A stretch of 64,000 nt of DNA from Candidatus Latescibacterota bacterium (GCA_965204375.1 OZ241986.1:832001-896000); one strand, 5' to 3'; numbered from the stretch's first letter, positions 50,275-61,254 are shown. The notes: generated by a model from the letters alone, not told the origin. Program-made: numbers and translations.

Positions 50275-51207
50275 ATGCCCATGTCCGATTACACGTTTAA
50301 ACTTGCCATGTTCACGACCGAACTGAGACTGCCCTATGACCGGGCATTTCCCAAAGCGAAAGAGATTGGCGCGGACCGCCTCTGGTACGCGCCTTCGGCG
50401 GGCGACCTTCCGTTCGAAGCCATGACCGACGCGGATATGGACCGCATCGGCGCGTGCGCAGCGCAGCATCAAACGGATATCTTCCTGCTCTGCGGAGGGC
50501 GTAAGTTCAAGAAAGTGCATCTCTGCGATCTGGATCTGGACCATATGGCCGAACATCCCGAATTCCAGGAAGCCCGGGAGGAACTGACCGCCGCCATGAA
50601 GATGGCCGCCCGGCTCAAAATTCCGGCAGTAGCCACGTTTACGTTCGCCTGGCCGGGTGAATATACCGCCGGTAAACCGACCTGGCCCATGCGATGGATG
50701 ACCCGCGGCGGCGTCATTTCCGATCTGGATATGGACAAACTGGTTCGGGCGTTTACGCTGCTGGCCGAGGACGCGGACCGCTACGATGTGGATTTGCCGC
50801 TGTGCATGATGCCGTGGAATTACACGAATACCACGGAACACATGCGGGAGGTGATTGAGGCGGTCGGTTCACCTCGTCTGAAAACGGTCTGGGGGCCAGC
50901 GGATACCATGAATTGCGGTGAATCGGACACCGCCACCCGCGGATTTCAGAATGTCCGCCCGTATCTCCATACGCTCCACATAAAGGATCTGCAAGTTATA
51001 GACGGTCTGAAATGTGAGTTTGAATACTGTCCCATCGGCGAAGGGGACGTGGATTTTCCGACGGTACTGCGGAACCTGCGTGATCATCAGATCGACGTCG
51101 TGATATCCATCGCCACCCACTTCAAGCCAGAAAGCGGATCGGCGGAAGAAGCGATGCGTATCAACTTTGCCAATATGAAATCGTTGATCGATGGGGTAGG
51201 GGATTGA
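50275..51207 (+). CDS. Sugar phosphate isomerase/epimerase (TIM barrel)
   Basis: LHIKD, PIGEGDVDF, ISIATHF. Confidence 0.82.
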   Translation: MPMSDYTFKLAMFTTELRLPYDRAFPKAKEIGADRLWYAPSAGDLPFEAMTDADMDRIGACAAQHQTDIFLLCGGRKFKKVHLCDLDLDHMAEHPEFQEAREELTAAMKMAARLKIPAVATFTFAWPGEYTAGKPTWPMRWMTRGGVISDLDMDKLVRAFTLLAEDADRYDVDLPLCMMPWNYTNTTEHMREVIEAVGSPRLKTVWGPADTMNCGESDTATRGFQNVRPYLHTLHIKDLQVIDGLKCEFEYCPIGEGDVDFPTVLRNLRDHQIDVVISIATHFKPESGSAEEAMRINFANMKSLIDGVGD

Positions 51208-51214
51208 TCCTCGA

Positions 51215-52267
51215 TTATTGCGGTACAGCGCTGCTCATGAACCCTTCGTTTCTCACCAGTACCTGGAGATCCAGGTTTTTCATAGGGAAATCCACCCGGG
51301 CGTTGCCCAATCGCTCCGATTCATGAAGAGAAAGCACCATTTCCAACGCGGCCCGTCCATCTTCTCCAGTGGATATTGTATCCCGATCGCGGTCGAGGCT
51401 TTCTACGATCTCCTCGACTGACAACGGGATCACACATCGGCCCCTGTCCGTTGTATTCAGCTTGTGTTCCTCTGGTATTTCGGGGAATTTTTCCTCTTTA
51501 TTTCCAACGAAGAGTTTGAACTGACGTGGCCGTGTATTGGCCACCGTTATCCATCCCCTGGATCCCAACAATTCAAATAGGTGCTGGGCCCTTCCTCCGG
51601 TAGATCCATTCACAATACATTGTACGCCATTCTGAAACTGAAAGTACCCGGCGCCGCGGGGATCCAGCGCATCCGGATCTACCAGATGACCGGTTGCCCA
51701 CGCGACATCGCCTGCAAAGAAGCGCAGCATGTCAAAATAGTGGGTTCCGTTGTTAGCAAGCCCGGCGCTATACTGGAGCGTCATCGCCTGAAGAGAACCG
51801 ATGACCTCCTGATCAATTAACTCCTTAATTTTGCGAAATTGCCAATCCCATCGGCGCGTGTGGTTAATGCTCAGCTTTACATTGTTTCTCCGGCAAGCAT
51901 CAATCATTTCATCTGCCTCTCGCAACGTAGTCGCCATCGCCTTCTCACAGAATATGGCTTTTACCCCTGACTGAGCCGCGGCAACAACGATATCTCGATG
52001 CGGAATGGGATAGGTGCAAACACTCACGATATCCAGCTTCTCAGTATCCAGCATTTCCTGCCAATCTGTGTACAGACCCGGAACATCCCATTTGCCTCCA
52101 AAACTCTGTCGGCGTTCATCGTCCCGATCTGCTGTTGCGACAATACGGGTTCGATCACAGTGATCGTAACAACCCGCATGAGTGTTCGGCGTTCCGCGAT
52201 GTGTTTCCTGCTCCAGTAAACTCGCAATCCTGCCACAGCCGATAACACCAACATTATAAACTTGCAT
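51215..52267 (-). CDS. Gfo/Idh/MocA oxidoreductase
   Basis: VGVIGCGRI, IFCEKAMA, NHTRRW, NGTHYFD. Confidence 0.92.
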   Translation of the reverse strand: MQVYNVGVIGCGRIASLLEQETHRGTPNTHAGCYDHCDRTRIVATADRDDERRQSFGGKWDVPGLYTDWQEMLDTEKLDIVSVCTYPIPHRDIVVAAAQSGVKAIFCEKAMATTLREADEMIDACRRNNVKLSINHTRRWDWQFRKIKELIDQEVIGSLQAMTLQYSAGLANNGTHYFDMLRFFAGDVAWATGHLVDPDALDPRGAGYFQFQNGVQCIVNGSTGGRAQHLFELLGSRGWITVANTRPRQFKLFVGNKEEKFPEIPEEHKLNTTDRGRCVIPLSVEEIVESLDRDRDTISTGEDGRAALEMVLSLHESERLGNARVDFPMKNLDLQVLVRNEGFMSSAVPQ

Positions 52268-52442
52268 GGAAAATCTCCGTGAAAAATCGTGGGAAAACTC
52301 GTTGTCGAACGTTCAAGATCTCAGATCACAATCCAAACAAAGATTTCTACCTTCATCATTGTACCTTTTTGAAGTTTTTGTATTTTCAAAAACTTTAGTG
52401 CGCTCACCCCTGGTGAGTCCCAGACCCCGCGTACCGTCCTCT

Positions 52443-53558
52443 CTAGCCTACTTTCCCGCGGTCTTCCTGCCGCTCCAGCGGCAGTTCTTGCATAAATGTC
52501 CACTGACGGTCCCCCAGCTTTTGAAGCTGCGATTCGTCGAGTTCCATCCCTAGACCCGGACCTTTAGGCACGAGAAGGTAGCCATTTTCGTACTGGACCC
52601 GGTGTTTGACAACATCGTCAATGTAGAGTTGCGCACCAGCCGCATCGCCAGGGTAATCGAGGTTGGATACCGACGCGCCCAGATGCGCCTGTGCGGAGGT
52701 CCCAATAGAAAGTTCCTGAGTTGTGCCAATCAAGGTGGAGATTCCGGTAGCCTGTGCTATGGCGAAGATTTGGCGCGCTCGTTTGATGCCTTGGTGGCAG
52801 GTCGCAATATTGAAGATGTCGACAGCCTGTCCTTCCGCGAAAGCAATGGCCTGGGTCTCCTCGTTGACATGCTCACTGACCGGGAACCGGATGCGCTCAC
52901 GCACCTTTGCTTTGCCCGGGATGTCGGGTGCGGGACTTTCAACCAGGATCGGCTCGACCCACTGCAGACGCTCAACGGCGGCTACGCACGACTTCCAATC
53001 GAGTCGGCGGCTGAAGTCCAGTGATTTAACTTTGAATCGATCTCCATAACGATCGCGACACTCATGTAAGATCTGATTGTCGATTTCGAGATTTCCACCC
53101 ACGTAAAATCGGAACAGGTCGAATCCCAGCTCAAGCATTCGACCGACTCGCTCGACGTTGGGTGCGACGTCCGCCTCTTCGAATTGTCGAAAGATGGGGT
53201 AGCAGATTTTGTAGCGATCTCGGTAAGCACCTCCATAGAGGTCGTGAATTGGAATGCCCAAGCTCTTGGCCCGAAGGTCGTGAATCGCAATGTCCACACC
53301 TGCGCCAATCCGTCCCTTATATCCGTCGACGATCGGATCGATGGCGGTTGGATCGGATGGATCGATTCCGATCAACGATTTCCGAAGTATATACTCGAGA
53401 TGGTTGATGTCGGGTATGTCTCGGGTACTGAAGTCGGACATTTCGCCCGCACCGACTACACCATCGTCTGAGATGATACGGATGATAATGTGAGGACTAA
53501 GCGTACCGTTCTCTCGTCTTGTTCCGACTGCAAATAGATCGAGCTCTTTAATGGTCAA
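52443..53558 (-). CDS. Mandelate racemase/muconate cycloisomerase family enzyme
   Basis: DIAIHDL.AK.LG.PI..LYGG, VESP, VSEH, VPKGPGLGMELD. Confidence 0.88.
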   Translation of the reverse strand: MTIKELDLFAVGTRRENGTLSPHIIIRIISDDGVVGAGEMSDFSTRDIPDINHLEYILRKSLIGIDPSDPTAIDPIVDGYKGRIGAGVDIAIHDLRAKSLGIPIHDLYGGAYRDRYKICYPIFRQFEEADVAPNVERVGRMLELGFDLFRFYVGGNLEIDNQILHECRDRYGDRFKVKSLDFSRRLDWKSCVAAVERLQWVEPILVESPAPDIPGKAKVRERIRFPVSEHVNEETQAIAFAEGQAVDIFNIATCHQGIKRARQIFAIAQATGISTLIGTTQELSIGTSAQAHLGASVSNLDYPGDAAGAQLYIDDVVKHRVQYENGYLLVPKGPGLGMELDESQLQKLGDRQWTFMQELPLERQEDRGKVG

Positions 53559-53628
53559 AGCAGACTCCTTTCATCGATCGTCTCAGAAGCACCAATACGA
53601 ATAGAGCGACTTAATTTCTCACGCCAGT

Positions 53629-54480
53629 TTATGCGCCATCATAATCGTAGGGCCGGTTTCGGAAGAGGTAGTCTATTGGTTCATCTACAAAAATTGTGTT
53701 CGGGTCCAGGTCGCTTTCTGCAAAGGCGGTTTCACAACCAGTATTGAATTGGAGAGGAGGAAGGCGACGCATCCAGTGGCAGGAGTAGATCGCTGCGATC
53801 ATGAACCGCGTTTGATCGGAGAGATTTGGCATTCCCCGGTGCCAGAGCCGGGGATCGCGGAGCAGAATGCTTCCCTTTTTTGTATTCCCCCGGACAGGCG
53901 GTACCACTTTCCGGCGTGCTTCCTGCAGGTGTTCTGCGACCTTGATATCATCTCCAACTACCTTTTGCGTTTCCAGATGGGAGCCGGGCCAGAGTTCGAT
54001 ACTTCCGTTGGCTTCGGTCACTTCGTCCAGGGCAATATTGACAATGACTTTGGACGGCGGGTGCGCAACATCCAGGTTCGGCCAGAGTTGTCCCGAATCG
54101 ACATGTACCGGCTGGAGCTTGCTGCCCGGCAAGTTGGTGTTGCCGGTGTAGCGATTGTTGAAGATCCCCTCGCCGAGCAGGGCTTTCGAGAGCTGGACCA
54201 CCCATGGGTTCGCTATAACGTCGCGAAAGACGTACGGAGGAAAGGGGGGCGGATCCTGCTGGACGTTTCCCCAAACGAAGTTATGAGGCGGCGCAGGGGC
54301 ATTCATGATCTTCTCTATGTCTTCGGTCATCCGTTCACAGAGAAGGTCGAGGTGTTCGTGCGCGACCACTGCATTGAGGACGATGTAGCCTTCCGTTCGA
54401 ATGGCATTGAGGGCCTGTTTCAGGTGCGCGTCGGTAAGAGATTCGGCTGCGTGCTCTTCCGGTGTGACGGTGATTTCCAC
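53629..54480 (-). CDS. PhyH-family dioxygenase
   Basis: GTG start after AGGAG; EGYIVL, QPVHVD, NGSIELWPGSH, LWHRGMPN. Confidence 0.9.
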   Translation of the reverse strand: MEITVTPEEHAAESLTDAHLKQALNAIRTEGYIVLNAVVAHEHLDLLCERMTEDIEKIMNAPAPPHNFVWGNVQQDPPPFPPYVFRDVIANPWVVQLSKALLGEGIFNNRYTGNTNLPGSKLQPVHVDSGQLWPNLDVAHPPSKVIVNIALDEVTEANGSIELWPGSHLETQKVVGDDIKVAEHLQEARRKVVPPVRGNTKKGSILLRDPRLWHRGMPNLSDQTRFMIAAIYSCHWMRRLPPLQFNTGCETAFAESDLDPNTIFVDEPIDYLFRNRPYDYDGA

Positions 54481-54545
54481 GGCTACTCTTCTCCTGTCAT
54501 TAAACGATTGAGACAGTACTGGCCAACAATGTCTATTCGTCATCT

Positions 54546-56945
54546 CTATAAACGTCTGAGTGCCTTTACTGGGTCGGAATTCGCTGCACGAAGCGTCTGC
54601 GACCCAACTACTGTGAGAACAACTGCTGCCATCACGGCAACAACACCACCGAACAGCCACGGACTCATTGTGGTTCGGAGGGGGAACTGGTTTAACCAGA
54701 GGTGGTTTGCAAACCACGCAGCAGGAGCTGCAAGTAGAACCGCCACAACAAGCATCAAGAGAAAATCCTTTGACAAGAGCACAGCGATCTGCCAAGAACT
54801 CGCTCCCAGAACCTTACGTATTGCAACTGCCTTGACCTGCATTTCCGTGACATGCATAGCGATTCCCAACATGCCAAGTAAGGCCAAAAGCACCCCGAAA
54901 GCGCTAATCAGAGTAATGATATGCAAAACATCGGAATAGATTCCAGCGGGCATTCCTTTTTGGATTTGCGTCGTAAACAGATCGTACTCCACTTTCCAAG
55001 GACTTCCTAACTCAGCCCAGACCTGTTCGAGGTGCGCAACCGCCTCAGGCATATGGCCGGGTAACACGCGCACGTTTGCCCACTGTATCCCCGCTGGCTC
55101 ACAGAACAGTATGACAGGATCAATATCCATGCCTATGCCATATGTCTGAAAGTCTTCCAGAATCCCCACAATGGTAGGTTTCGTGTTCTTCCCTAACACG
55201 TTCAAGATTTGACCTATCGCTTGCTCTTCGTTTTCCAGACCTAGCAGCCGAGTAGCGGTTCTATTGAGCAGCACACTCCTGTGAATATCCGACGGGCGAT
55301 TGAAGTAACGGCCTGCAAGTAGCTTGAGTTTCAGGTTCGAAACAAAATTGTAGTCCACTCTTAATTCGAAAACTGTCTTAGGATCACCTCTCCCAATCTT
55401 CACCAAACGTGGTGATCGCGTACCCTGCATTAGAAGATGTGAGGAACCAGAAATGAGCTCCACTGAGGGCGATTGCTCCATCGCCTGCCGGAACACATCG
55501 TAGCCCACTCCCTGAAGCCGTACGTTCACTATATTTTCATGATCAAATCCATAGTCGGACGATACCATATATCGGAACTGCTGGTACACGAACAGGGTCG
55601 AGAGGACGAAGAATAACGACATGCCAAACTGCCCCACCACAAACATCCGATTGAATGACTTGGCTCGATCCTTTGTAAAACTTCCTCCCTTCAAGATCAA
55701 GACTGGGACGAATCGGGAAAGATGAAGTGCGGGGTAGGTGCCCGCAAGAATGCCTACGCCTACGCTGAAGCCAAGGACAGTGAGATAGACCGTCAGATCT
55801 TTGAGAACGTCGAGCTTGATGCGGGCCAAGGGAAAAAGTGAAGTAAAGTACATCTCGTTGAAAGCAGGAATTAACCATACCAACAACCACATGGCAAAAA
55901 ACGTCGCCAGCAATACTGTTAGAATCGACTCCATCAAGATTTGGCCAATGATCTGTCTGCGATATGCACCTACGACTTTCCGAATTGCCACCTCGTGGGC
56001 TCTGGCCATTGCTCTGGCCACAATTAAGTTGGTATAATTGTAGCACGCCCCTATCAGTATTATAGCGGCCAGAACACTAACAAAATAAACAGCCATGCCA
56101 GGAACCATCCAACTAAGTTGGTTAACTCTCATGACGCTCAGGTTGACGTCGGTCAGTAATTGGACACTTGCCCTCTCTATCTGATGATCTGTACCAGGCT
56201 GGTAGTGGTCTTGAATGATCTGTGTTAAGTATCTTTCCAGGACCGTTGGGTCGGTACCTTCTCGTAAGACCAAGAATGTGTATGTGTCATTCATGCCATC
56301 GCTCCACTGAGGAATGCTTCCGTCGGGTGGCGCAAATTTCAAGGTCTCAAACGACACCAGGATCTGAAACCGTACATAGCTAGCCCCTGGCTGATCCGCC
56401 AGGACGCCCGTTACCTTGTATGGCGTCTGTCCGATCATCACAGTCTGATTCAGTGGGCTGGAATCTCCAAAGAGTGCAACCGACTGGTTCTGCGAAAGCA
56501 CGATGGAATTGGGTTCGGAAAGCGCGGTAGCGGGATTCCCCTCCACAAGAGCGAAATCGAATACCTCGAAAAACGACGGCTCGGCATAAAGGCCAGACAC
56601 TTTAATTTGACGGCCGGGAAAGCCCATGGAACCACGGAATCTGCGTACCCGTGTCGTCACTTCTACATCTGGGCAGACATCTTGAAGAAGCGAAGCAAGA
56701 CTCACAGGTGTCGTTGCGTAGGAGCTAACACTACCAGGGTGGGCGGGCGAACCGTAGTCGCAGATGGTGAGATAGATACGATCTGCCTTCTTGTGCCATG
56801 CATCAGACGTTTTTTGGTATGACACAAACAAGATGATCAGCAGGCAGATCGACAGACTTGCTCCTAGTCCAAAAACGTTGATCATTGACAAGATTTTATT
56901 TTTCAACAGATTCCGAACCGCTACAACCAGATAATTACGCAGCAT
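54546..56945 (-). CDS. ABC transporter permease, MacB/FtsX duplicated-domain family
   Basis: MLRNYLVVAVRNL, ACYNYTNL..EVAIRKVVGA, AIRKVLGAS, DPVKALR. Confidence 0.92.
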   Translation of the reverse strand: MLRNYLVVAVRNLLKNKILSMINVFGLGASLSICLLIILFVSYQKTSDAWHKKADRIYLTICDYGSPAHPGSVSSYATTPVSLASLLQDVCPDVEVTTRVRRFRGSMGFPGRQIKVSGLYAEPSFFEVFDFALVEGNPATALSEPNSIVLSQNQSVALFGDSSPLNQTVMIGQTPYKVTGVLADQPGASYVRFQILVSFETLKFAPPDGSIPQWSDGMNDTYTFLVLREGTDPTVLERYLTQIIQDHYQPGTDHQIERASVQLLTDVNLSVMRVNQLSWMVPGMAVYFVSVLAAIILIGACYNYTNLIVARAMARAHEVAIRKVVGAYRRQIIGQILMESILTVLLATFFAMWLLVWLIPAFNEMYFTSLFPLARIKLDVLKDLTVYLTVLGFSVGVGILAGTYPALHLSRFVPVLILKGGSFTKDRAKSFNRMFVVGQFGMSLFFVLSTLFVYQQFRYMVSSDYGFDHENIVNVRLQGVGYDVFRQAMEQSPSVELISGSSHLLMQGTRSPRLVKIGRGDPKTVFELRVDYNFVSNLKLKLLAGRYFNRPSDIHRSVLLNRTATRLLGLENEEQAIGQILNVLGKNTKPTIVGILEDFQTYGIGMDIDPVILFCEPAGIQWANVRVLPGHMPEAVAHLEQVWAELGSPWKVEYDLFTTQIQKGMPAGIYSDVLHIITLISAFGVLLALLGMLGIAMHVTEMQVKAVAIRKVLGASSWQIAVLLSKDFLLMLVVAVLLAAPAAWFANHLWLNQFPLRTTMSPWLFGGVVAVMAAVVLTVVGSQTLRAANSDPVKALRRL

Positions 56946-57032
56946 TATAGCCTCTTAAAGTTTGACTCGATTTGGTGTGTACCTTAGATCCTATATGAAA
57001 GATAAGAAGAAGAGACATAAAAAAGATGAGCG

Positions 57033-58067
57033 CTATTTTGTCGGATCCTCCGACACCCGAATAACAAGCTTACCAAAATTTTCACCTTTGAGCAGACCAA
57101 TCAAAGCTTCGGGCGCGTTTTCCAAACCATCGACAATATCTTCCTTGTAGCGCAATTTGTCTTCACGAATCCACCCGCCTAAAGTGCTAAAAGCTTCTTC
57201 CGTTTGGTCCGCAAAGTCCGAGACAATGAAACCCCGAAAGGTGAGTCGTTTGGTGAGAATCTGGCGCAGCATATAATGCATCTGGTTGGGACCGGGTGGC
57301 AATCCCGTGTCATTGGCAATGGCGATGGTGCCACATACGGGTATCCGGGCAAAGGGGTTGAACAACGGCAACACCGTCTCAAACACCTTGCCAGCCACAT
57401 TCTCAAAATAAACATCAATCCCGTCTGGACAAGCACCAGCGATTTGTTCTTCAAAATCGTCGGCTCTGTGGTTCACACACGCATCGAATCCAAACGCATC
57501 GGTAACATACCGGCATTTTTCTTCAGACCCCGCGATGCCTACGGCCCGCGCACCTTTGATCTTAGCGATTTGCCCAACCACCGAACCCACCGCTCCCGAG
57601 GCAGCCGCCACGACGACTGTCTCATCGGATTGCGGTTTGCCGATATTGAGCAGCCCCGTGTATGCGGTCATGCCCGGCATGCCCAGCACGCCCACTGAGG
57701 TAGAGATCGGCCCCCAGGCCGGATCGATCTTGCGCAGCGCTTTTCCAGGGAGAGCGAAAAGGGATTGCCACCCGCCCTTGCCCTCCACGATGTCGCCCTC
57801 AGCAAATTCCGCATCGTTTGAGGCGATCACCTTTCCCACGCAACCGCCCTCCATCACCATGCCAAGTTCGACCGGTTTGGCATAGTTTTTCGACGCACTC
57901 ATCCTTCCGCGCATGTAGGGATCCAGAGAAAGATAAATCGTCTGGCACAAAACTTCACCCTCACCAGGGGCAGGCACGTCGGATTCCACCAGTTGGAAAT
58001 CACTTGGTTTCGGTTCTCCCTCGGGACGAGCAACCAGCAAGATTTGACGGTTTTTTAGATCGGACAT
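57033..58067 (-). CDS. NADP-dependent oxidoreductase (CurA/YncB, prostaglandin-reductase-like)
   Basis: YLSLDPYMRGRM, LGMPGMTAY, AASGAVGSVVGQ, GENFGKLV. Confidence 0.93.
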   Translation of the reverse strand: MSDLKNRQILLVARPEGEPKPSDFQLVESDVPAPGEGEVLCQTIYLSLDPYMRGRMSASKNYAKPVELGMVMEGGCVGKVIASNDAEFAEGDIVEGKGGWQSLFALPGKALRKIDPAWGPISTSVGVLGMPGMTAYTGLLNIGKPQSDETVVVAAASGAVGSVVGQIAKIKGARAVGIAGSEEKCRYVTDAFGFDACVNHRADDFEEQIAGACPDGIDVYFENVAGKVFETVLPLFNPFARIPVCGTIAIANDTGLPPGPNQMHYMLRQILTKRLTFRGFIVSDFADQTEEAFSTLGGWIREDKLRYKEDIVDGLENAPEALIGLLKGENFGKLVIRVSEDPTK

Positions 58068-58093
58068 ATGTATTCCCTTATTAAGTGAAAGTC

Positions 58094-58939
58094 TCAAATT
58101 CGTGTGAATTTTTGCAGTCGGTTGGGTTGGTAGGGCACTTCGGTGACGTAAATATCACCGCGACTATCAACACAGATGCCGTGCGCGGGATCGATAAACT
58201 GCCCGGGGTCTGAGCCTTCCTCACCCCAGCGTGCCAGCAGCGCACCTTCCAGGTCAAAAATGCTGACGCGATGGGGTGCTTCGGCAATATAGACAATATG
58301 ATCTGCATCGATGTGAATGTTATTCGGCGATTGGATATCTGTCCACTCCTCTATAAAGTTCCCATCAAAATCGAAAAGCTGAATGCGGTGGTTTGTTCGG
58401 TCGCTTACAAGCACACGGTCGCGTGGGTCAATGCATAAATCGTGCGGCAGGGCAAACTGGCCGGGTCCCGTGCCTTCCTCGCCCCAGGAAAGAATCCATT
58501 CGCCTTGCGCTGAAAAACGATGCACCCGGTGCTGGCCGTATCCGTCCGAAACAAATATCTCACCTGAGGGAGCGGCCATTGCCTTGGTTGGCCTGTTGAA
58601 CGGCTCGCCCGGTGAACCTGTCTGGCCTGGCATCCCCAGGGTCTGAAGCACTTCTCCATCCGTGCTGAAGACACGCACAGTATGATCGTCAACATCCGCA
58701 CAATAAATCCGATCCGCCGGGTCGATCCAGATATTATGCGGATTTAAGAGCACATCATCACCCCATGCACCGAGAAAGCGACCTTCCGAATCATAGACCA
58801 GAATACTCGCAGGCTCTCGCAGGGTGACATAAACGCGATCCTGGGAGTCAACTGCCACATCGGGCACGACCCCACCCATCTCTTTCCCTTCGGGACCTCG
58901 CCCCCACCCTTCAACAACGCGGTATTGATAAGTTGCCAT
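58094..58939 (-). CDS. NHL-repeat protein (peptidyl-alpha-hydroxyglycine lyase-like)
   Basis: FNRPT, VSDGYG, WGEEGTGPGQFALPH, DRTNHRIQLFD. Confidence 0.9.
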   Translation of the reverse strand: MATYQYRVVEGWGRGPEGKEMGGVVPDVAVDSQDRVYVTLREPASILVYDSEGRFLGAWGDDVLLNPHNIWIDPADRIYCADVDDHTVRVFSTDGEVLQTLGMPGQTGSPGEPFNRPTKAMAAPSGEIFVSDGYGQHRVHRFSAQGEWILSWGEEGTGPGQFALPHDLCIDPRDRVLVSDRTNHRIQLFDFDGNFIEEWTDIQSPNNIHIDADHIVYIAEAPHRVSIFDLEGALLARWGEEGSDPGQFIDPAHGICVDSRGDIYVTEVPYQPNRLQKFTRI

Positions 58940-58965
58940 CGTGTACTCCTTTCAGATATGCCCGA

Positions 58966-59793
58966 CTACCTGTCCAGTTTAACCCAATCGGGCCAAACGC
59001 TGGCAAAAAATGCTCGCTGGATGCCTCGTACGCTCTCTCCGCCGTCAACAACGAGATTGGAGCCTACACTGAAGTTTCCTGCTTGCGAAGCGAGAAAGAT
59101 GGCCATGCCTGCGATGTTTTCCTTCTCTCCAACCCGCTTGCCCGGAATGTTCTTCTTCATCTCGTCTGTGTGATCCCGAGCCACCTTATTCAAATCGCTG
59201 GGAAAATCACCGGGGGAGATGGTATTGACTTGAATCCCTTCCCAGGCCAAACTATCACCTAAGTGTCTGCCCAAATGGATCACACCTGCTTTGCTGGCTC
59301 CGTAGGCATAATTGTAAGCTGTGTTGAGTTTACCACAGCCGTCGATAGACGCGATATTGATCACATTGCTCGGTGTTTCTGGCGAAGCCTCCACGCGCAG
59401 GAATGGCAGAAATGCCTGGGTCATAAAAAAGATGCTTTTGAGATTGAGATCCATAACCGCGTCCCATGTTTCCTCCGTCACATCCTCGATCTCCCTGCGA
59501 CCATCGCTGATTCCAGCATTGTTGACCAAAATATCGAGCGACTGTTCTCGTTCACCGTAGGCCTTTGCCAGCGCCTTGATTCCGGAGACTGAACTTACAT
59601 CGGCTGCGATATACTCGCAGGAGCCGATTTGTGCAAGTTCCTCCTGTTTCTTTTTTAGAACATCTTCTCTCCGCGCGACAATGTAAACCTTCGCCCCAAA
59701 ATTGACAAAGCCTTCGGCTATCATCGCTCCGATGCCAGTCGAACCACCAGTCACCAGTGCGGTTTTTCCCGCCAGTGAAAATAGATCTTTCAT
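58966..59793 (-). CDS. Short-chain dehydrogenase/reductase
   Basis: TGGSTGIG, LVNNAG, YGASK, VVDGG. Confidence 0.93.
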   Translation of the reverse strand: MKDLFSLAGKTALVTGGSTGIGAMIAEGFVNFGAKVYIVARREDVLKKKQEELAQIGSCEYIAADVSSVSGIKALAKAYGEREQSLDILVNNAGISDGRREIEDVTEETWDAVMDLNLKSIFFMTQAFLPFLRVEASPETPSNVINIASIDGCGKLNTAYNYAYGASKAGVIHLGRHLGDSLAWEGIQVNTISPGDFPSDLNKVARDHTDEMKKNIPGKRVGEKENIAGMAIFLASQAGNFSVGSNLVVDGGESVRGIQRAFFASVWPDWVKLDR

Positions 59794-59804
59794 TTTCGAT
59801 TCTC

Positions 59805-59837
59805 CGTGAGGATAATGATTACGTTGGGTCGTTTCAT
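59805..59837 (-). pseudogene. 5' stub of a sulfatase gene
   Basis: ATG 2 bp after the upstream stop encodes MKRPNVIIILT(E), the canonical sulfatase start, then ends. Confidence 0.7.
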
Positions 59838-59839
59838 TC

Positions 59840-61192
59840 TTAATTTGCTCCTTGTTGAGCAGGTCTGTTTCTATTTCTCCGAGGTCTTCTAATCCTTGGC
59901 GCCATCTGGCTTCTCCAGGCCTTGAACTTTTTTTGTAGCCGCTGAACAATTTCCGGTTGCTGGTTTGCCAGATCATTTTTCTCACCTATATCTGCATCCA
60001 GATCGTACAATTCCAGCTTCTTAGACCTGCTAAATGTAAGCTTCCATTTCCCTTCCCGAATCGCCCAGGTTCCCGAATCGCCATCCCAATACAACGCATC
60101 GTGCAATGCCCCTTCTGTTTTACCTTGCAAGACTGGCAACATATTTTTGCCATCGTAGATACGGTCTTCGGGCAATGGAATGCCAATAGCTGCACAGACA
60201 GTCGGCAAAATATCCATACAAATAACCGGTTCATCACACACACCACCTGCTTCCAAATGCCCTGGCCAGGACACGAGAAACGGCACGCGTAGCCCTCCCT
60301 CATAGACATTTTGTTTGTAACCGCGTAGGGGCATATTGTTTGCATTTGTGGCCCTTGCACCACCATTATCTGAAAAATAAAAGATGAGTGTATTTTCCCA
60401 CACGCCATTGGCCTTGAGCGCTGCCACCACATCGCCAACAGCGATATCCATTCTTTTGAGCATGCCCATCAAGATATCGCGTTTGGAATCTCCTGTATTA
60501 AATTGTTTGATGTCCTCTTCGGGCGCTTGCAACGGCGCATGCACGGCATTAAAAGGAAGATAGAGAAAGAATGGGTCGTTTTTGTTTCGTTCTATGAAGC
60601 CAACAGCCTCTCGGGCCAGATTATCGGTCAAGTACCCGGTATCATTGATGATCTCTTTATTTCGATATATTGCATTATGGGCGTTGTCCTCTTTATAATT
60701 CAAATCGAAATAGTCGTGCGCTCCATGCCCCAAAAATCCGTAAAATTCATCAAATCCACGGTTGTTCGGATGATATTCAGGCGTTAAACCCAAATGCCAT
60801 TTTCCAAATACACCCGTCCTGTACCCCGCTTTTTTGAGTAGATCTGCAAGTGTAATTTCATCAACCGGCATACCGGCGCGTGAGTCACTGGCCGTATAAA
60901 AACCAAAGCGCTGCTGGTATCGACCGGTCATCAAACCCGCCCTGGTGGGCGCACATACAAAGGCACTGGCATATCCATTTGTCATTCGAATGCCCGAGTT
61001 GGCTAGTGCGTCGATATGTGGTGTATAGACTTCTGCGGGATGTGCCTGGTAACTCACATCTCCAAAGCCCTGATCATCTGACAAAATCACCACGATGTTT
61101 GGTCGTTTGGCCTCTTCGGCCCATATAAAAGGACTTGCTATCATTCCAGATACTCCTATTCCCAACGTTTTTAAAGCGGCGCGTCGATCCAT
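59840..61192 (-). CDS. Sulfatase with Tat-like signal peptide
   Basis: MDRRAALK; RPNIVVILSDD, VCAPTRAGLMTG, GKWHLG, SDNGG. Confidence 0.93.
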   Translation of the reverse strand: MDRRAALKTLGIGVSGMIASPFIWAEEAKRPNIVVILSDDQGFGDVSYQAHPAEVYTPHIDALANSGIRMTNGYASAFVCAPTRAGLMTGRYQQRFGFYTASDSRAGMPVDEITLADLLKKAGYRTGVFGKWHLGLTPEYHPNNRGFDEFYGFLGHGAHDYFDLNYKEDNAHNAIYRNKEIINDTGYLTDNLAREAVGFIERNKNDPFFLYLPFNAVHAPLQAPEEDIKQFNTGDSKRDILMGMLKRMDIAVGDVVAALKANGVWENTLIFYFSDNGGARATNANNMPLRGYKQNVYEGGLRVPFLVSWPGHLEAGGVCDEPVICMDILPTVCAAIGIPLPEDRIYDGKNMLPVLQGKTEGALHDALYWDGDSGTWAIREGKWKLTFSRSKKLELYDLDADIGEKNDLANQQPEIVQRLQKKFKAWRSQMAPRIRRPRRNRNRPAQQGAN

Positions 61193-61254
61193 ATTGTAAC
61201 GCTCCTTTTCTGTTTTTGGAATTCTTGGCTGTAGCGCTGGTTGGTGGAGCAAAC

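Noticed and set aside
53749-54939. Long antisense ORFs (396 aa here; 345 aa at 13379-14416)
   Set aside because: They are shadows of well-supported genes on the opposite strand and have no recognisable motifs.
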